From IMG/VR virus record IMGVR_UViG_3300029776_000155: 64,000 nucleotides of DNA, one strand, 5' to 3'. Below the pieces are notes generated by a model, which was given only the letters and a program-made list of their open reading frames with translations, had not been told where the DNA came from and made no database searches. The position numbers and the translations under genes were made by a program. Source of the DNA: a virus. Below, one piece after another: positions 1 through 9,467 of this stretch. Each line of letters opens with the position of its first letter. Within the stretch, counting starts at the first letter, position 1.

Positions 1-352
1 TCTCCTTTTTTATTATTCCCTGCTTTAGCGTTTTTCTATTCCCTTTTTATATACTTCCATTTATCGCTTTCTGCTGCCGTGCAACCTGCCGTGGATTGAA
101 TTTTTCCGCAAAGGTAATCGCCAGTCCCAGTCGTGTCAATGCCGGCATTCTGCCGCGAGTGAAGTGCAAAAATCTTCCTCTCCGCTGGTGAGCGTATTTT
201 TCCTCTTCAGCCTTGCCAGATTGTTCCTGCCACCTTTGGATGCAGAAAAAATCATCCCGGAGGTCGCAAACAGGCCGAATAGAGGGAAAATAAAAAATAT
301 TATAAACTAAGGTAACGGTAGGACTAACCACCTGCCACAAAAAGAATTTATT

Positions 353-766
353 ATGTTATACGTTCACACAATTGGTCGCATTGGCAAGGATTGCCAGGTT
401 ATTACTGGAACACACGGTTCATTCATCGCATTTGATATGGCGGTAGATGACTATTCACATGGAAACAGCGTCACTACTTGGGTAAGGGTACGGAGTAAGA
501 AAGAGAACCACATTCGACTATCCGAATACCTGACCAAAGGACGGTTACTGCTCATTGAGGGGACACTGTCGGCTTCACAGTGGAAGGATAAGGATGGAAA
601 CTGTCAGATGCAACTATCCATTACGGCAGACACATTGGAGTTCATCAATACCGGAAAGCGGGAGGAAACAACTTCAGAAGCAGGTAGTCCGACGGATGCC
701 ACAAGCGATGTATCTGTACCACCGGTAGCTATGCCACAAGAGAACAAGGAAGACTTGCCGTTCTGA
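353..766 (+). CDS. single-stranded DNA-binding protein-like (OB-fold)
   Basis: 137 aa. OB-fold SSB-like pattern (IGRIGKD...TTWVRV...GRLLLIEGTL...WKDKDGN...ADTLEF). Preceded by a partial copy of the ~245-bp upstream repeat. Position fits the leading region of a conjugative element. Confidence 0.55.
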   Translation: MLYVHTIGRIGKDCQVITGTHGSFIAFDMAVDDYSHGNSVTTWVRVRSKKENHIRLSEYLTKGRLLLIEGTLSASQWKDKDGNCQMQLSITADTLEFINTGKREETTSEAGSPTDATSDVSVPPVAMPQENKEDLPF

Positions 767-789
767 TGATGTGCATATAGTGTTGATAA

Positions 790-960
790 ACAATATATAC
801 TAAATGTAGTATTTACTAATTATAGTAAAGTAGTGAATTACCTATTAATGAAAGTAGTATTTACTACATTTAGTTTGTTAGTATTTTAGTATAGTAGTAA
901 ATACTATAATACTAAAATACTCTTTTTAGCAAAATAGTATATACTAATTATAGTATTTAC
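790..960. repeat. cluster of at least 5 near-palindromic ~12-bp iterons (TAGTATTTACTA / TAGTAAATACTA) upstream of the parA-like gene
   Basis: The motif recurs at about 804, 852, 893, 935 and 950 in both orientations within an AT-rich tract. A centromere/parS-like or oriT-associated binding array is plausible. Confidence 0.6.
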
Positions 961-1004
961 TAAGAATAGTATTATCTTTGTATTGCATATAAAGACATCA
1001 AGTT

Positions 1005-1760
1005 ATGGCAAAAATTATAGCTGTTTTGAATCACAAGGGTGGGGTTGGCAAAACGACTACCACCATCAACCTTGCCGCTGCTTTGCGGCAGAAGAAAAAG
1101 CGTGTACTGGCTATCGACATGGACGGTCAGGCAAATCTCACAGAATCATGTGGTCTCTCCATTGAGGAGGAGCAGACGGTGTATGGGGCAATGAGAGGTG
1201 AATATCCCTTACCGGTTATCGAATTGGAAAACGGACTTGCTGTTGTGCCGTCCTGTCTCGACCTGTCGGCAGCAGAATCCGAACTGATAAACGAGCCGGG
1301 ACGTGAGTTGATACTGAAAGGTTTGATTGCAAAGTTGCTTGACAGTCGGAAGTTTGACTACATCCTGATTGATTGTCCGCCCTCACTGGGTTTGCTGACA
1401 CTCAACGCCCTTACCACGGCGGACTTTCTGATTATTCCGGTACAGGCACAATTCCTCGCTATGCGCGGAATGGCGAAGATTACAAGCGTGATTGAGATTG
1501 TTAAGGAACGCCTGAACCCGAACCTGAGTATTGGCGGCATTGTTATTACTCAGTTCGACAAGCGCAAGACACTCAACAAAAGTGTAGCTGAAATTATCAA
1601 TGACTCTTTCTGTGACAAAGTGTTCAAAACGATTGTGCGGGACAATGTGGCACTGGCCGAAGCTCCTATAAAGGGAAAGAATGTCTTTGAATACAATAAG
1701 AACTGCAACGGAGCCAAAGATTATATGGCTTTGGCACAAGAGGTTTTGAAATTAAAATAA
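1005..1760 (+). CDS. traA: ParA/MinD-family ATPase (CTn TraA-like)
   Basis: 251 aa. Deviant Walker A KGGVGKTTT, D(M)DGQ motif and ParA C-terminal region. Lies directly downstream of the iteron array. Confidence 0.85.
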   Translation: MAKIIAVLNHKGGVGKTTTTINLAAALRQKKKRVLAIDMDGQANLTESCGLSIEEEQTVYGAMRGEYPLPVIELENGLAVVPSCLDLSAAESELINEPGRELILKGLIAKLLDSRKFDYILIDCPPSLGLLTLNALTTADFLIIPVQAQFLAMRGMAKITSVIEIVKERLNPNLSIGGIVITQFDKRKTLNKSVAEIINDSFCDKVFKTIVRDNVALAEAPIKGKNVFEYNKNCNGAKDYMALAQEVLKLK

Positions 1761-1766
1761 GGCAAT

Positions 1767-2021
1767 ATGGGCAAGAGTGATTTATTGAAAGACAGCATGA
1801 AAAGCGGACTGGACGGATTGCTGTCATCCACGAAGAAATCTCCGCAAAAGAAGGAAACTACACCGGTTAAGACAGAAAAAGAGCCTGCTGTACATTGCAA
1901 TTTTGTTATTGACAAGAGTGTTCATACGCGTATGAAATTCCTTGCTATTGAGAAGAATATGTCATTGAGAGATATTGTAAATGAGGCGATGAAGGAGTAT
2001 TTGGAAAAAAACGAGAAGTGA
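1767..2021 (+). CDS. DUF3408-like small protein (CTn TraB-like, RHH-like C-terminus)
   Basis: 84 aa. Lys-rich N-terminus followed by HTRMKFLAIEKNMSLRDIVNEAMKEYL. Translationally coupled 7 nt after the ParA-like gene, the partner position typical of CTnDOT traA-traB. Confidence 0.5.
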   Translation: MGKSDLLKDSMKSGLDGLLSSTKKSPQKKETTPVKTEKEPAVHCNFVIDKSVHTRMKFLAIEKNMSLRDIVNEAMKEYLEKNEK

Positions 2022-2090
2022 GGTATGTTCCTCGCTTCCCGTTCTTTTAAGTCTGTGGCCTTTGTTAGTATGTTATACTGATATGTGTTG

Positions 2091-3410
2091 CTACATATCA
2101 TTCATTGACAGCCCTTTGTATGACAGGGTATAACCTTTGAACTCTCCCGTTGCACGCATGAAAGCGGCTGCTTTCGCTTCCAGTTTTTCCATGTCGATAT
2201 TTTCGGCCTTGCGTTTGACTTCGAAAAATGTCGCTGTATCGTCCAGTTCGTTTTCGGCTACTATGTCTATTTCGTTCTCACCCTTGCGGTCCCACCAGCC
2301 ACCGATGCGCGTATAGGCTTGCTGTTCTATCAGCACACGCTTAAAGTAACGTTCAAGCATCAGACCGCTGAAAGTTTCATAATCCCGGCCTATAATCATC
2401 TTCACACTCCCATAGTTCTCTATCTCCAGCATATAGCTGTACTTGTAGATAAAGCGGAACCAGAACGTGAAGAAATTGTCCTCGATGATATACCGGACAT
2501 TCTTGGCGGAACTCTTCTCGAACAACGGTTGTTTCTTCGATATGATTTCGTATTCTTTCTCCAGCTTGGTAAGATAGCCGCCGATTTCCTTGCCTACCAC
2601 GTTCTCAATTTCCGAACGGGATGTTTTTCCTCGTGCAATGGCCGACAGTATGGAAAAATAGATTCCGTAATCCTTGCCGAACTCTTCGATAAGAATCGCT
2701 TTACCCTCCCCCAGAAATATGGAGTCGGCCTTTATTATCTGGTCAAGCATAGCCGTTTTAGTTGTTGCTCCTGCATCCACGAGTAGTTGCACGTACTTCG
2801 CCACGCCGCCCGTGAAAGCGTACAAGGCCAGCAGATCTTCCGCCGTGTAGCCGGGATTGTATTCCGAAAGAATATCTTTCAGAACAGTTGGAGTAAACGG
2901 ACGCACGGTCATAAAGCGCGACTGCCGGTTATACAACGGCTCTTTCTTATCCTTGAATATCTTTGTCATCATAGAATAAATCGAACCACAGACAATCAGA
3001 TTGATGTGGGACTTCGGGCTGTATAGGTCCCAGATGCGCTGCATATCGCTGAACACCGATTTGTTCACACGGAAAAACTCCTGGAACTCGTCGATAAAGA
3101 GCGTGATGGGACGTTCTGCCGAAAGTTTCATCAGGAACTCGAACACATCGGTGAAATGTTCGGCCCGTCCCATGGTTGGGACACCCAACTTGTTCTCTAT
3201 CTCAAGCCGGTAGTCCTCACACAAATCGCCTTCAGCTTTCCGGGCAACAAAGAAATAGAGAATCGGTTCGTCCTCGTATGCCTTCCACACGAGTGATGTC
3301 TTACCGATACGGCGACGTCCCGTTACCACTGTAAACTGAGCATTGTCTTGGGCCATTTCGCGAATCTTGCGAAGAGAGGCTATTTCTTCTGTTCTGTCAA
3401 AAAATCTCAT
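2091..3410 (-). CDS. AAA+ ATPase (archaeal-ATPase/DUF234-type ATP-binding protein)
   Basis: Walker A GRRRIGKTSL and Walker B LFIDEFQ, followed by the C-terminal DUF234-like region. The start was moved to the internal Met (MRFFDRTEEI) typical of this family. The track ORF extends to 3488. Confidence 0.7.
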   Translation of the reverse strand: MRFFDRTEEIASLRKIREMAQDNAQFTVVTGRRRIGKTSLVWKAYEDEPILYFFVARKAEGDLCEDYRLEIENKLGVPTMGRAEHFTDVFEFLMKLSAERPITLFIDEFQEFFRVNKSVFSDMQRIWDLYSPKSHINLIVCGSIYSMMTKIFKDKKEPLYNRQSRFMTVRPFTPTVLKDILSEYNPGYTAEDLLALYAFTGGVAKYVQLLVDAGATTKTAMLDQIIKADSIFLGEGKAILIEEFGKDYGIYFSILSAIARGKTSRSEIENVVGKEIGGYLTKLEKEYEIISKKQPLFEKSSAKNVRYIIEDNFFTFWFRFIYKYSYMLEIENYGSVKMIIGRDYETFSGLMLERYFKRVLIEQQAYTRIGGWWDRKGENEIDIVAENELDDTATFFEVKRKAENIDMEKLEAKAAAFMRATGEFKGYTLSYKGLSMNDM

Positions 3411-3413
3411 ATT

Positions 3414-3470
3414 CTTATCCTTTTTTATTGCCGTTTCCGAAACGGCTGTTTCCGAAATGGTTGTTTCGCT
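3414..3470. promoter_or_regulatory. palindromic/direct-repeat operator-like element (GTTTCCGAAAC x2-3) immediately upstream of the ATPase start
   Basis: The sequence ccgtttccgaaacggctgtttccgaaatggttgtttcg is read directly from the window. Confidence 0.3.
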
Positions 3471-3693
3471 ACTGCAAAAGTAATGCAAATTTCCGGTAAA
3501 ACAGGCAATTGATACAGATTTATTTAGTAAAATGGCTCAAAGGATTTTTGGCTGGTAAGCTCCATTCCTGTTTTACACCGTCTGGTCTTACGCCCTTCCG
3601 CTTGTCCCGTTGTATCGTTTATCATCCCTTTATAGTCCCATCGGTTTTACCATCCGCCTTTCGGCGTATTCTTCCTTTTCTATTTCTTTTAAT

Positions 3694-3940
3694 GTCACTC
3701 ATCCGGTCCATTCCTGCCATCGCCGGTTGGTTTTCCAGACGCAAAGGTGGACTGCCGCGCTTGATTCCGTCGCTTTGAAGTGCATTTCCTATAAAATTCT
3801 TCCTTTCTGCGAAAGAGTAATTTTCCGGAAAAAGCGTCGGAAATCGCTTATTCGTCAGTCCTTGTAAAGCATCTGTAAATCCCAAGCGGTTCAGGCAGAA
3901 AAAAGAACCGAACAAAGGGAAAATAAAAAATCAAATATTA
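3694..3940. repeat. ~245-bp non-coding repeat, copy A (upstream of the ParB-like gene)
   Basis: About 90% identical to 5957-6210. A partial third copy lies at about 190-310 upstream of the ssb-like gene. Each copy sits immediately 5' of a plus-strand gene. Confidence 0.8.
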
Positions 3941-3956
3941 AACCAATTAAATTTTT

Positions 3957-5702
3957 ATGATTATGGAAGCAACAGCAATTCAATCAGTAGAGAAAAACAT
4001 CACAATGGTAGCATTGGCAAATGTGCAACCGAGCAATTACAACCCACGCAAGAATTTTGACGAAGCGAGCCTTGTGGAACTTTCCGAAAGCATTCGTCAG
4101 CAGGGTGTGTTACAGCCAATAGGAGTACGCCCGATAGAAGACAACCGTTTTGAGATTGTTTTTGGAGAACGTCGATACCGAGCCTCCCTAATGGCAGAAT
4201 TGGAAGAAATTCCAGCTATCGTTATGGAAATTTCAGACGAGGTAGCCGAAGAAATGGCTGTCACTGAAAACCTCCAACGTAAGGATGTCACCCCGATTGA
4301 GGAAGCCAATGCCTACCAAAAGCTCATAGATAGTGGTCGCCATGATGTGCAGTCTTTGGCAGTGCAGTTCGGCAAGAACGAGAACTATATCCGCACACGC
4401 CTTAAATTCGTTTCCCTAATTCCCGAAATCGCACAGCTTTTGGAGCAGGACGAAATCACAATCAGCGTAGCGAGCGAAATCTGTCGTTACGGTGAAGATG
4501 TTCAGAAAGATGTGTACGACAAACACCTCAAAGAAGATGCACTGCATCATAGTTGGCGAGGGATGAAAGCTACCGAAGTCGCACGGAACATCGAACGGCA
4601 ATATACCACCGATTTGGAGCGGTACGCATTTGACAAGACCCTCTGTCTGTCCTGTCCTCACAATACAAATAATATGGTGCTGTTCTGCGAAGGTGGTTGT
4701 GGAAATTGCGCCAATCGTACTTGCCTTGCTGAAATGAATGCGGCATACCTCACAGAGAAAGCCGTGCGCCTTATGGAAGAACGTCCCGATGTTCCCCTCT
4801 GTCATGAAAATACTGGCTACAATGAAATCGTAGTAGAACGCCTTACTGCTATGGGGTACGAAGTGGAACGTCTTAATTGTTATGCGAAAGCATATCCCGA
4901 ACAGCCCGAAGCACCCTTAAAAGAGGATTACGATACTGCCGAAGAATACGAGCAGGCACAGAGCGAGTACGAGCAGGAGTTGAACGATTACACGGAGAAA
5001 TGCGAGGAAATCCGCACCCGATGTGAAGCAGGTGAAATCATCCTCTATTTCCGTGTTGAGAGCAAGGATATTGTACTTTGTTATATGACGAAAGTCACCT
5101 ATGCCTCTAATAGTACAAATCAAGAGCAGACACTTTCTCCAATGGAGAAATTGGAGAAACAAGACAAGCGTAACAAGGAAATTGTTCTTGAAAAGACTGT
5201 AGAGGACACAAAAAAACAGATTTTGGAAGTTGATATGTCCGAGTGCAAGTTTGGGCAAGACGAGGATAAGATGATTTATTTCTTCTTGTTATCATCCCTC
5301 CGCAAGGAGCATTTTGAAGCAGTAGGTATCGGAGAAAAAAAGCCTTATTGCCACCTTACGGATGAAGAAAAGATAAACATCATCGCCAACCTCACGAGCA
5401 AGCAGAAAGCGATTATCCGCAGGGATTTTCTAATTGCTAATTTCAAGAACGCATACGGCAGCAATGCCATTGCATCCCTCTTGCTTGACTTCGCACAAAA
5501 ACATATGCCCGACCTGTTGGCAGACATCAAGAACGGACATAATGAAGTGTATGAGAAGCGTCACCAACGTATCGAAGAGAAAAAAGCCGTTCTTTTGGTG
5601 CAGGAACAAGCAAAGCAGGAAGCGGAGCAATCTGACAAACAGCAATCCGAAGCAGGGATGCAGACCGAAGAACAGCCACAAGAGGAAGATATTGCAGCTT
5701 AA
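3957..5702 (+). CDS. ParB-like nuclease domain protein (long, Cys-rich middle, acidic C-terminus)
   Basis: 581 aa. The N-terminal ParB/Srx domain reads NPRK...LSESIRQQGVLQPIGVRP...FEIVFGERRYRA, with an HTH-like region after it. A C4-like cysteine cluster and a Glu/Gln-rich tail follow. Confidence 0.75.
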   Translation: MIMEATAIQSVEKNITMVALANVQPSNYNPRKNFDEASLVELSESIRQQGVLQPIGVRPIEDNRFEIVFGERRYRASLMAELEEIPAIVMEISDEVAEEMAVTENLQRKDVTPIEEANAYQKLIDSGRHDVQSLAVQFGKNENYIRTRLKFVSLIPEIAQLLEQDEITISVASEICRYGEDVQKDVYDKHLKEDALHHSWRGMKATEVARNIERQYTTDLERYAFDKTLCLSCPHNTNNMVLFCEGGCGNCANRTCLAEMNAAYLTEKAVRLMEERPDVPLCHENTGYNEIVVERLTAMGYEVERLNCYAKAYPEQPEAPLKEDYDTAEEYEQAQSEYEQELNDYTEKCEEIRTRCEAGEIILYFRVESKDIVLCYMTKVTYASNSTNQEQTLSPMEKLEKQDKRNKEIVLEKTVEDTKKQILEVDMSECKFGQDEDKMIYFFLLSSLRKEHFEAVGIGEKKPYCHLTDEEKINIIANLTSKQKAIIRRDFLIANFKNAYGSNAIASLLLDFAQKHMPDLLADIKNGHNEVYEKRHQRIEEKKAVLLVQEQAKQEAEQSDKQQSEAGMQTEEQPQEEDIAA

Positions 5703-5956
5703 CCATAATCACTAACTAACGAATAGGGGGTAGAGTAATCTGTCCTCTATTCGTTCCTAATTCAATGAAAGTGAAGATGTTCACGGACAACTGCTCCAAG
5801 CTGTTGTCGGGCGGCGCGTCTGTCGGGCAAACCCGCCATCCGCGCGATTATGCCTTTTCTATTCCATTTATAGCTACCTCCCGATACCCCGCCGCCACCC
5901 GTCTCCATTTATACCTATCAGTTTCCTCCTTTTTATCTTTTTTATCTTTTTTATCT

Positions 5957-6210
5957 TATTCCTTATCCGGTCCATTCCTGTCCTCGCCGGTTGGTTTTCC
6001 AGATGCGAAGGTGGACTGCCGCGCTTGATTCCATCGCTTTGAAGTGCATTTTTATAAAATTCTTCCTTTCTGCGAAAGAGTAATTTTCCAAAAAAAGCGT
6101 TGGAAGTAGCTTGTTCGTCAGTCCTGTAAAGCATCTGTAAATCCCAAGCGGTTCAGACAGAATATAGAACCGAACAGAGGGAAGAAAAATAAATCATTAA
6201 AATTTCACGA
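5957..6210. repeat. ~245-bp non-coding repeat, copy B (upstream of the 6213 ORF)
   Basis: Direct repeat of 3694-3940 at about 90% identity. The small ORFs 5765-6028(+) and 5874-6134(-) lie inside it and are probably artefacts. Confidence 0.8.
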
Positions 6211-6212
6211 CA

Positions 6213-6488
6213 ATGGACAACATCAAAGAAAGCAAAGAGTACAAACTTGCCAAAGAATGGGAAATGGCAGTGAATAGTTTTAGTTTCAATCCCAAGCGTT
6301 TTGCAGCCGCTATACCTGATATGCACCCCACACTGCAACAGAGCCTCTATAGGTTGTTTAAGGAGTGCAGCATTGTGATGGCGGACGAGACACGTCTCTA
6401 TGATGACCGCAATCGTGCATCACATGAAGAAGCAAAGTGTCTTATGGAATACCTCAAGACAAACGGAAAGCATATCCCATTAAAATAA
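6213..6488 (+). CDS. hypothetical small protein (leading-region cargo)
   Basis: 91-aa ORF directly after repeat copy B. No recognisable domain. Confidence 0.4.
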   Translation: MDNIKESKEYKLAKEWEMAVNSFSFNPKRFAAAIPDMHPTLQQSLYRLFKECSIVMADETRLYDDRNRASHEEAKCLMEYLKTNGKHIPLK

Positions 6489-6503
6489 TAAAATAACAAG
6501 CGT

Positions 6504-6776
6504 ATGAAAACACAAGAAGTACAATTTGGCGGCAATAACTATCCTTGCCGTGTGGTGGAATCCAACGAGGGTGAAGAACTCCTTATCGGCTCGACTACCT
6601 TGCTCGATGCCCTTCAGCCCGGTAGTTTCAACGATGAAAACGAAGGCTTCGCAAGCAAGGAAGCCGAAAGAATCTATAACGAGGTTTTCTTCTTTACCGA
6701 TAGGGCAAACTTACGACTTACAGACGTAGAACTGGTTGCCGAACTGAAAAAGGACAACCCGGAATGGTTCGAATAA
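6504..6776 (+). CDS. hypothetical small acidic protein
   Basis: 90-aa ORF on the same strand, in the same tight array as 6213-6488 and 6811-7185. Confidence 0.4.
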   Translation: MKTQEVQFGGNNYPCRVVESNEGEELLIGSTTLLDALQPGSFNDENEGFASKEAERIYNEVFFFTDRANLRLTDVELVAELKKDNPEWFE

Positions 6777-6810
6777 AAAAAACAATAATCATCTTAAAAA
6801 TAGCACAGTT

Positions 6811-7185
6811 ATGGAAAAAGAGTATGTAATGCAAATAGCACAGACCATTAAAGAGCAGTTAATAGGACTTACCCCTATGCCCGTCCTCATGTCATGGAGT
6901 ATCTCAGAGCTTGCAGCCACCATCTTCAAAGATCTGCCTGCACTTCGTATCAAAGTAAACGGACTGTTACACGCCGGATACGTTATTATTGCACTTAATG
7001 GGTCAGATTATTATGAGGTATATCTGTTGAAAGACAAAGATGTAGAGTGTGTCAATGAAGAAGTTTGTTTCAACGAGTTAGGGGATGTCATTGACAGGGC
7101 AATTGAATGCGGTACTGACAAAGAGAAATACGAAAAAATTTGCCATCAGCAACTCACCAAATTATTAAGCGGGCAGTTCTCCTGA
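6811..7185 (+). CDS. hypothetical protein
   Basis: 124-aa ORF. Last member of the plus-strand array before the convergent T4CP gene. Confidence 0.4.
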   Translation: MEKEYVMQIAQTIKEQLIGLTPMPVLMSWSISELAATIFKDLPALRIKVNGLLHAGYVIIALNGSDYYEVYLLKDKDVECVNEEVCFNELGDVIDRAIECGTDKEKYEKICHQQLTKLLSGQFS

Positions 7186-7277
7186 TAAACTGGGAGAAGA
7201 GATTAGTAGTAAACCGTCAGTACGATTGTACTGGCGGTTTTTGTTCTTCTTATATCTTATATCAGACAGCCGGATTT

Positions 7278-9464
7278 TTATTTCGCGTTGCGCTTGTTCT
7301 GAACGTCCTTTATCATCTCTTTCACATCTTGCCCCACTTGTACGAAGTTTTTATATAGGATGCGTTCCCGTTCCTCTCTCGACTTGAAGGTGTAGAACTT
7401 CGGCAGCGGCACATACGCCGCTTCCTCTTTCTTGATTTCTGCCATATCAAAATCTGTTTTGCAGAAGAACTTTGTAGTCTTGAACTCTTCCGATTCTTGA
7501 ATATTCATTGAGCCGCCCATACCTGTTTTCGTCTTCACAAAATCCCGTGCCGTCTGACCGCATATCCATCCGGTTGCCATATCCGAGATTTTCGAGGCAG
7601 GCACAAGGTTATCCATATTTTCATTGAGATTGATACTTGTTTTGTCCCGGTCAATGGTCACGCCTTTTTTGACCTGTACCACCTTGCCGAAGATGTCATT
7701 GGACAACCATTCCAGCGTTTCTTTAGCGCGTGCCGAGCCGCTTACCACATTGCCTACCGTCGTAATGATTTTTTGCATACCTACCTTACCATAATCGGCT
7801 TCCAGTTGCGGTAGTTCCTGAAAGCCGAGCGTTACACTCACCTTATTGCTTCGCGCCGTACCTATCAGACGGTCTATTTTGTGAAAGTAGAGTGTCGGTA
7901 ACTCGTCCACTATAATACTCACGGGAATATTTTTCCCCTGCCCGGTATTCACACGGGTAACGAGGCGGTTTAGGATAAGAGCGTTCAATGCGCCGATGAT
8001 GGACTCCATTTCCGGGTCATTTGCAATCAGCAGGTAACTCGGATTCTTCGGGTCACTCACCTTCAGGTCGAAGTCATCGCCATCCCGGTGGAATATCCAG
8101 TAGCTCTCTTTGGTTGCCAGACGCGAGGTATAAACACGTAACGTGCCAATCATACCCTCCAGTTGCTCCATTGCCTTATTTTTGAAGGCTGTCTGGAACG
8201 GACCAAGTAGCGGAGCAACCTCATTGTCAGTTTCCAATACCTCGAAAATCGTCTGATAACTTTCATTTAAGAATGACAGAATATGTGGCATGTCCGAATA
8301 CTTTCCCAGCCAGTAGGCAGGTTCCACGATATTGCCGCCTTCACGGTCACGCACGATACCTGTCGGTTTCCAGAATTTGGTCTGCGGATCTTGCTGTCTT
8401 TCCGCATATAGAGGCTTGCCGTTGGCATCGTAGGGTTCACGCTCATAATTCACGAAAAAGTAGATACAGGCGGCAAGGAAGTTTACCGCCGAGGTTTGGA
8501 AGAACTGGTCGCTTCCGCCGCCGCCCTCTTTCTTACCCTTTTGTAGGCTTTCCAATAATGTTTCCGCCGTTTCGCTGGCCGCCGCGAGGTTGTTGATGTA
8601 CTTTGCCTGAATTGGATTCACCCGACGGCTGTACTCCACATCCACAAAATTAATCATGTTGAACTTACACCCTTTGGGTACTCTGCCCAGTTTCTCGTTC
8701 CTCTTGTAATGGTAGTAGAGCTTGGTCGCCAATGTCGGAAACTTGTAGTCATACACCACCATGGCGAAACCTTTGGCCGAATGCTGTCGGATAAACGGCT
8801 CTATGATACTGAAAGTCTTGCCCGACCCCGGTGTTCCAACTACCCATGTTCCTCTGAAGCAGTTGCTTACAGAAATCCATCCCTTGCGGAATTTACCCTT
8901 ATAGTAGTACCGCATGGGGATATTTACGCTGTATTCATTCTCGACTTTTTCCTCACATTGTTCAAAACTTTCATTCTCGAAGTTGAAACGGTCTTTCATC
9001 AGTCCCTCCTTGATGAACTTTGAAATGTTGTCTAATGCAATATGTACCAGTACTACGCCAGCAATGGAGGCAATCATATAGAGAATGATATTCAAAGGTA
9101 AGGTATAAAGCCTTGTTCCCATCGTATGGCCGAACATCCATACGGAGATTACGAGCAGCAACAACCCACTCGTCAATGGATACACCACCTGCCGGCGTGC
9201 GTTGAACTCCAGATGCTTCTTGTTCCGCGTTCCGACACAAGTGATGCAGATAAGCAGTACCGTCGCAATTTTGCTGTACACAAGATTGCCGTCGTGGTAA
9301 ATCATCCATTGTTTGATGCGTCCGTGAATGTCGGTTAGTATGCCGCCCCAGTGGTCGAGCATTGCAGGGTCAATGGCATATTCAAAGAACTCCAGCAGTA
9401 CGGACACATATACCACTGTGCGGAATATTTTATAGAACCCTTGCAATTCCTTACTTTCTTCCAT
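7278..9464 (-). CDS. type IV coupling protein (VirD4/TraD/TraG-family T4CP; MobC-like in Bacteroides CTns)
   Basis: 728 aa. N-terminal transmembrane segments, Walker A GTPGSGKT, TraG/VirD4-like core and Walker B IIVDELPT. Confidence 0.85.
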   Translation of the reverse strand: MEESKELQGFYKIFRTVVYVSVLLEFFEYAIDPAMLDHWGGILTDIHGRIKQWMIYHDGNLVYSKIATVLLICITCVGTRNKKHLEFNARRQVVYPLTSGLLLLVISVWMFGHTMGTRLYTLPLNIILYMIASIAGVVLVHIALDNISKFIKEGLMKDRFNFENESFEQCEEKVENEYSVNIPMRYYYKGKFRKGWISVSNCFRGTWVVGTPGSGKTFSIIEPFIRQHSAKGFAMVVYDYKFPTLATKLYYHYKRNEKLGRVPKGCKFNMINFVDVEYSRRVNPIQAKYINNLAAASETAETLLESLQKGKKEGGGGSDQFFQTSAVNFLAACIYFFVNYEREPYDANGKPLYAERQQDPQTKFWKPTGIVRDREGGNIVEPAYWLGKYSDMPHILSFLNESYQTIFEVLETDNEVAPLLGPFQTAFKNKAMEQLEGMIGTLRVYTSRLATKESYWIFHRDGDDFDLKVSDPKNPSYLLIANDPEMESIIGALNALILNRLVTRVNTGQGKNIPVSIIVDELPTLYFHKIDRLIGTARSNKVSVTLGFQELPQLEADYGKVGMQKIITTVGNVVSGSARAKETLEWLSNDIFGKVVQVKKGVTIDRDKTSINLNENMDNLVPASKISDMATGWICGQTARDFVKTKTGMGGSMNIQESEEFKTTKFFCKTDFDMAEIKKEEAAYVPLPKFYTFKSREERERILYKNFVQVGQDVKEMIKDVQNKRNAK

Positions 9465-9467
9465 AAG

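Noticed and set aside
47-340. 97-aa minus-strand ORF at the window start.
   Set aside because: It overlaps the partial upstream repeat copy and runs antisense to the leading-region promoter area. No homology or coupling. Probably spurious.
3622-6134. Mutually similar small ORFs (3622-3915 -, 5874-6134 -, 5765-6028 +) looking like a conserved small protein pair.
   Set aside because: They lie wholly inside the two copies of the ~245-bp DNA repeat. Their similarity is a trivial consequence of the repeat. They have no plausible start context and no coupling to neighbours.
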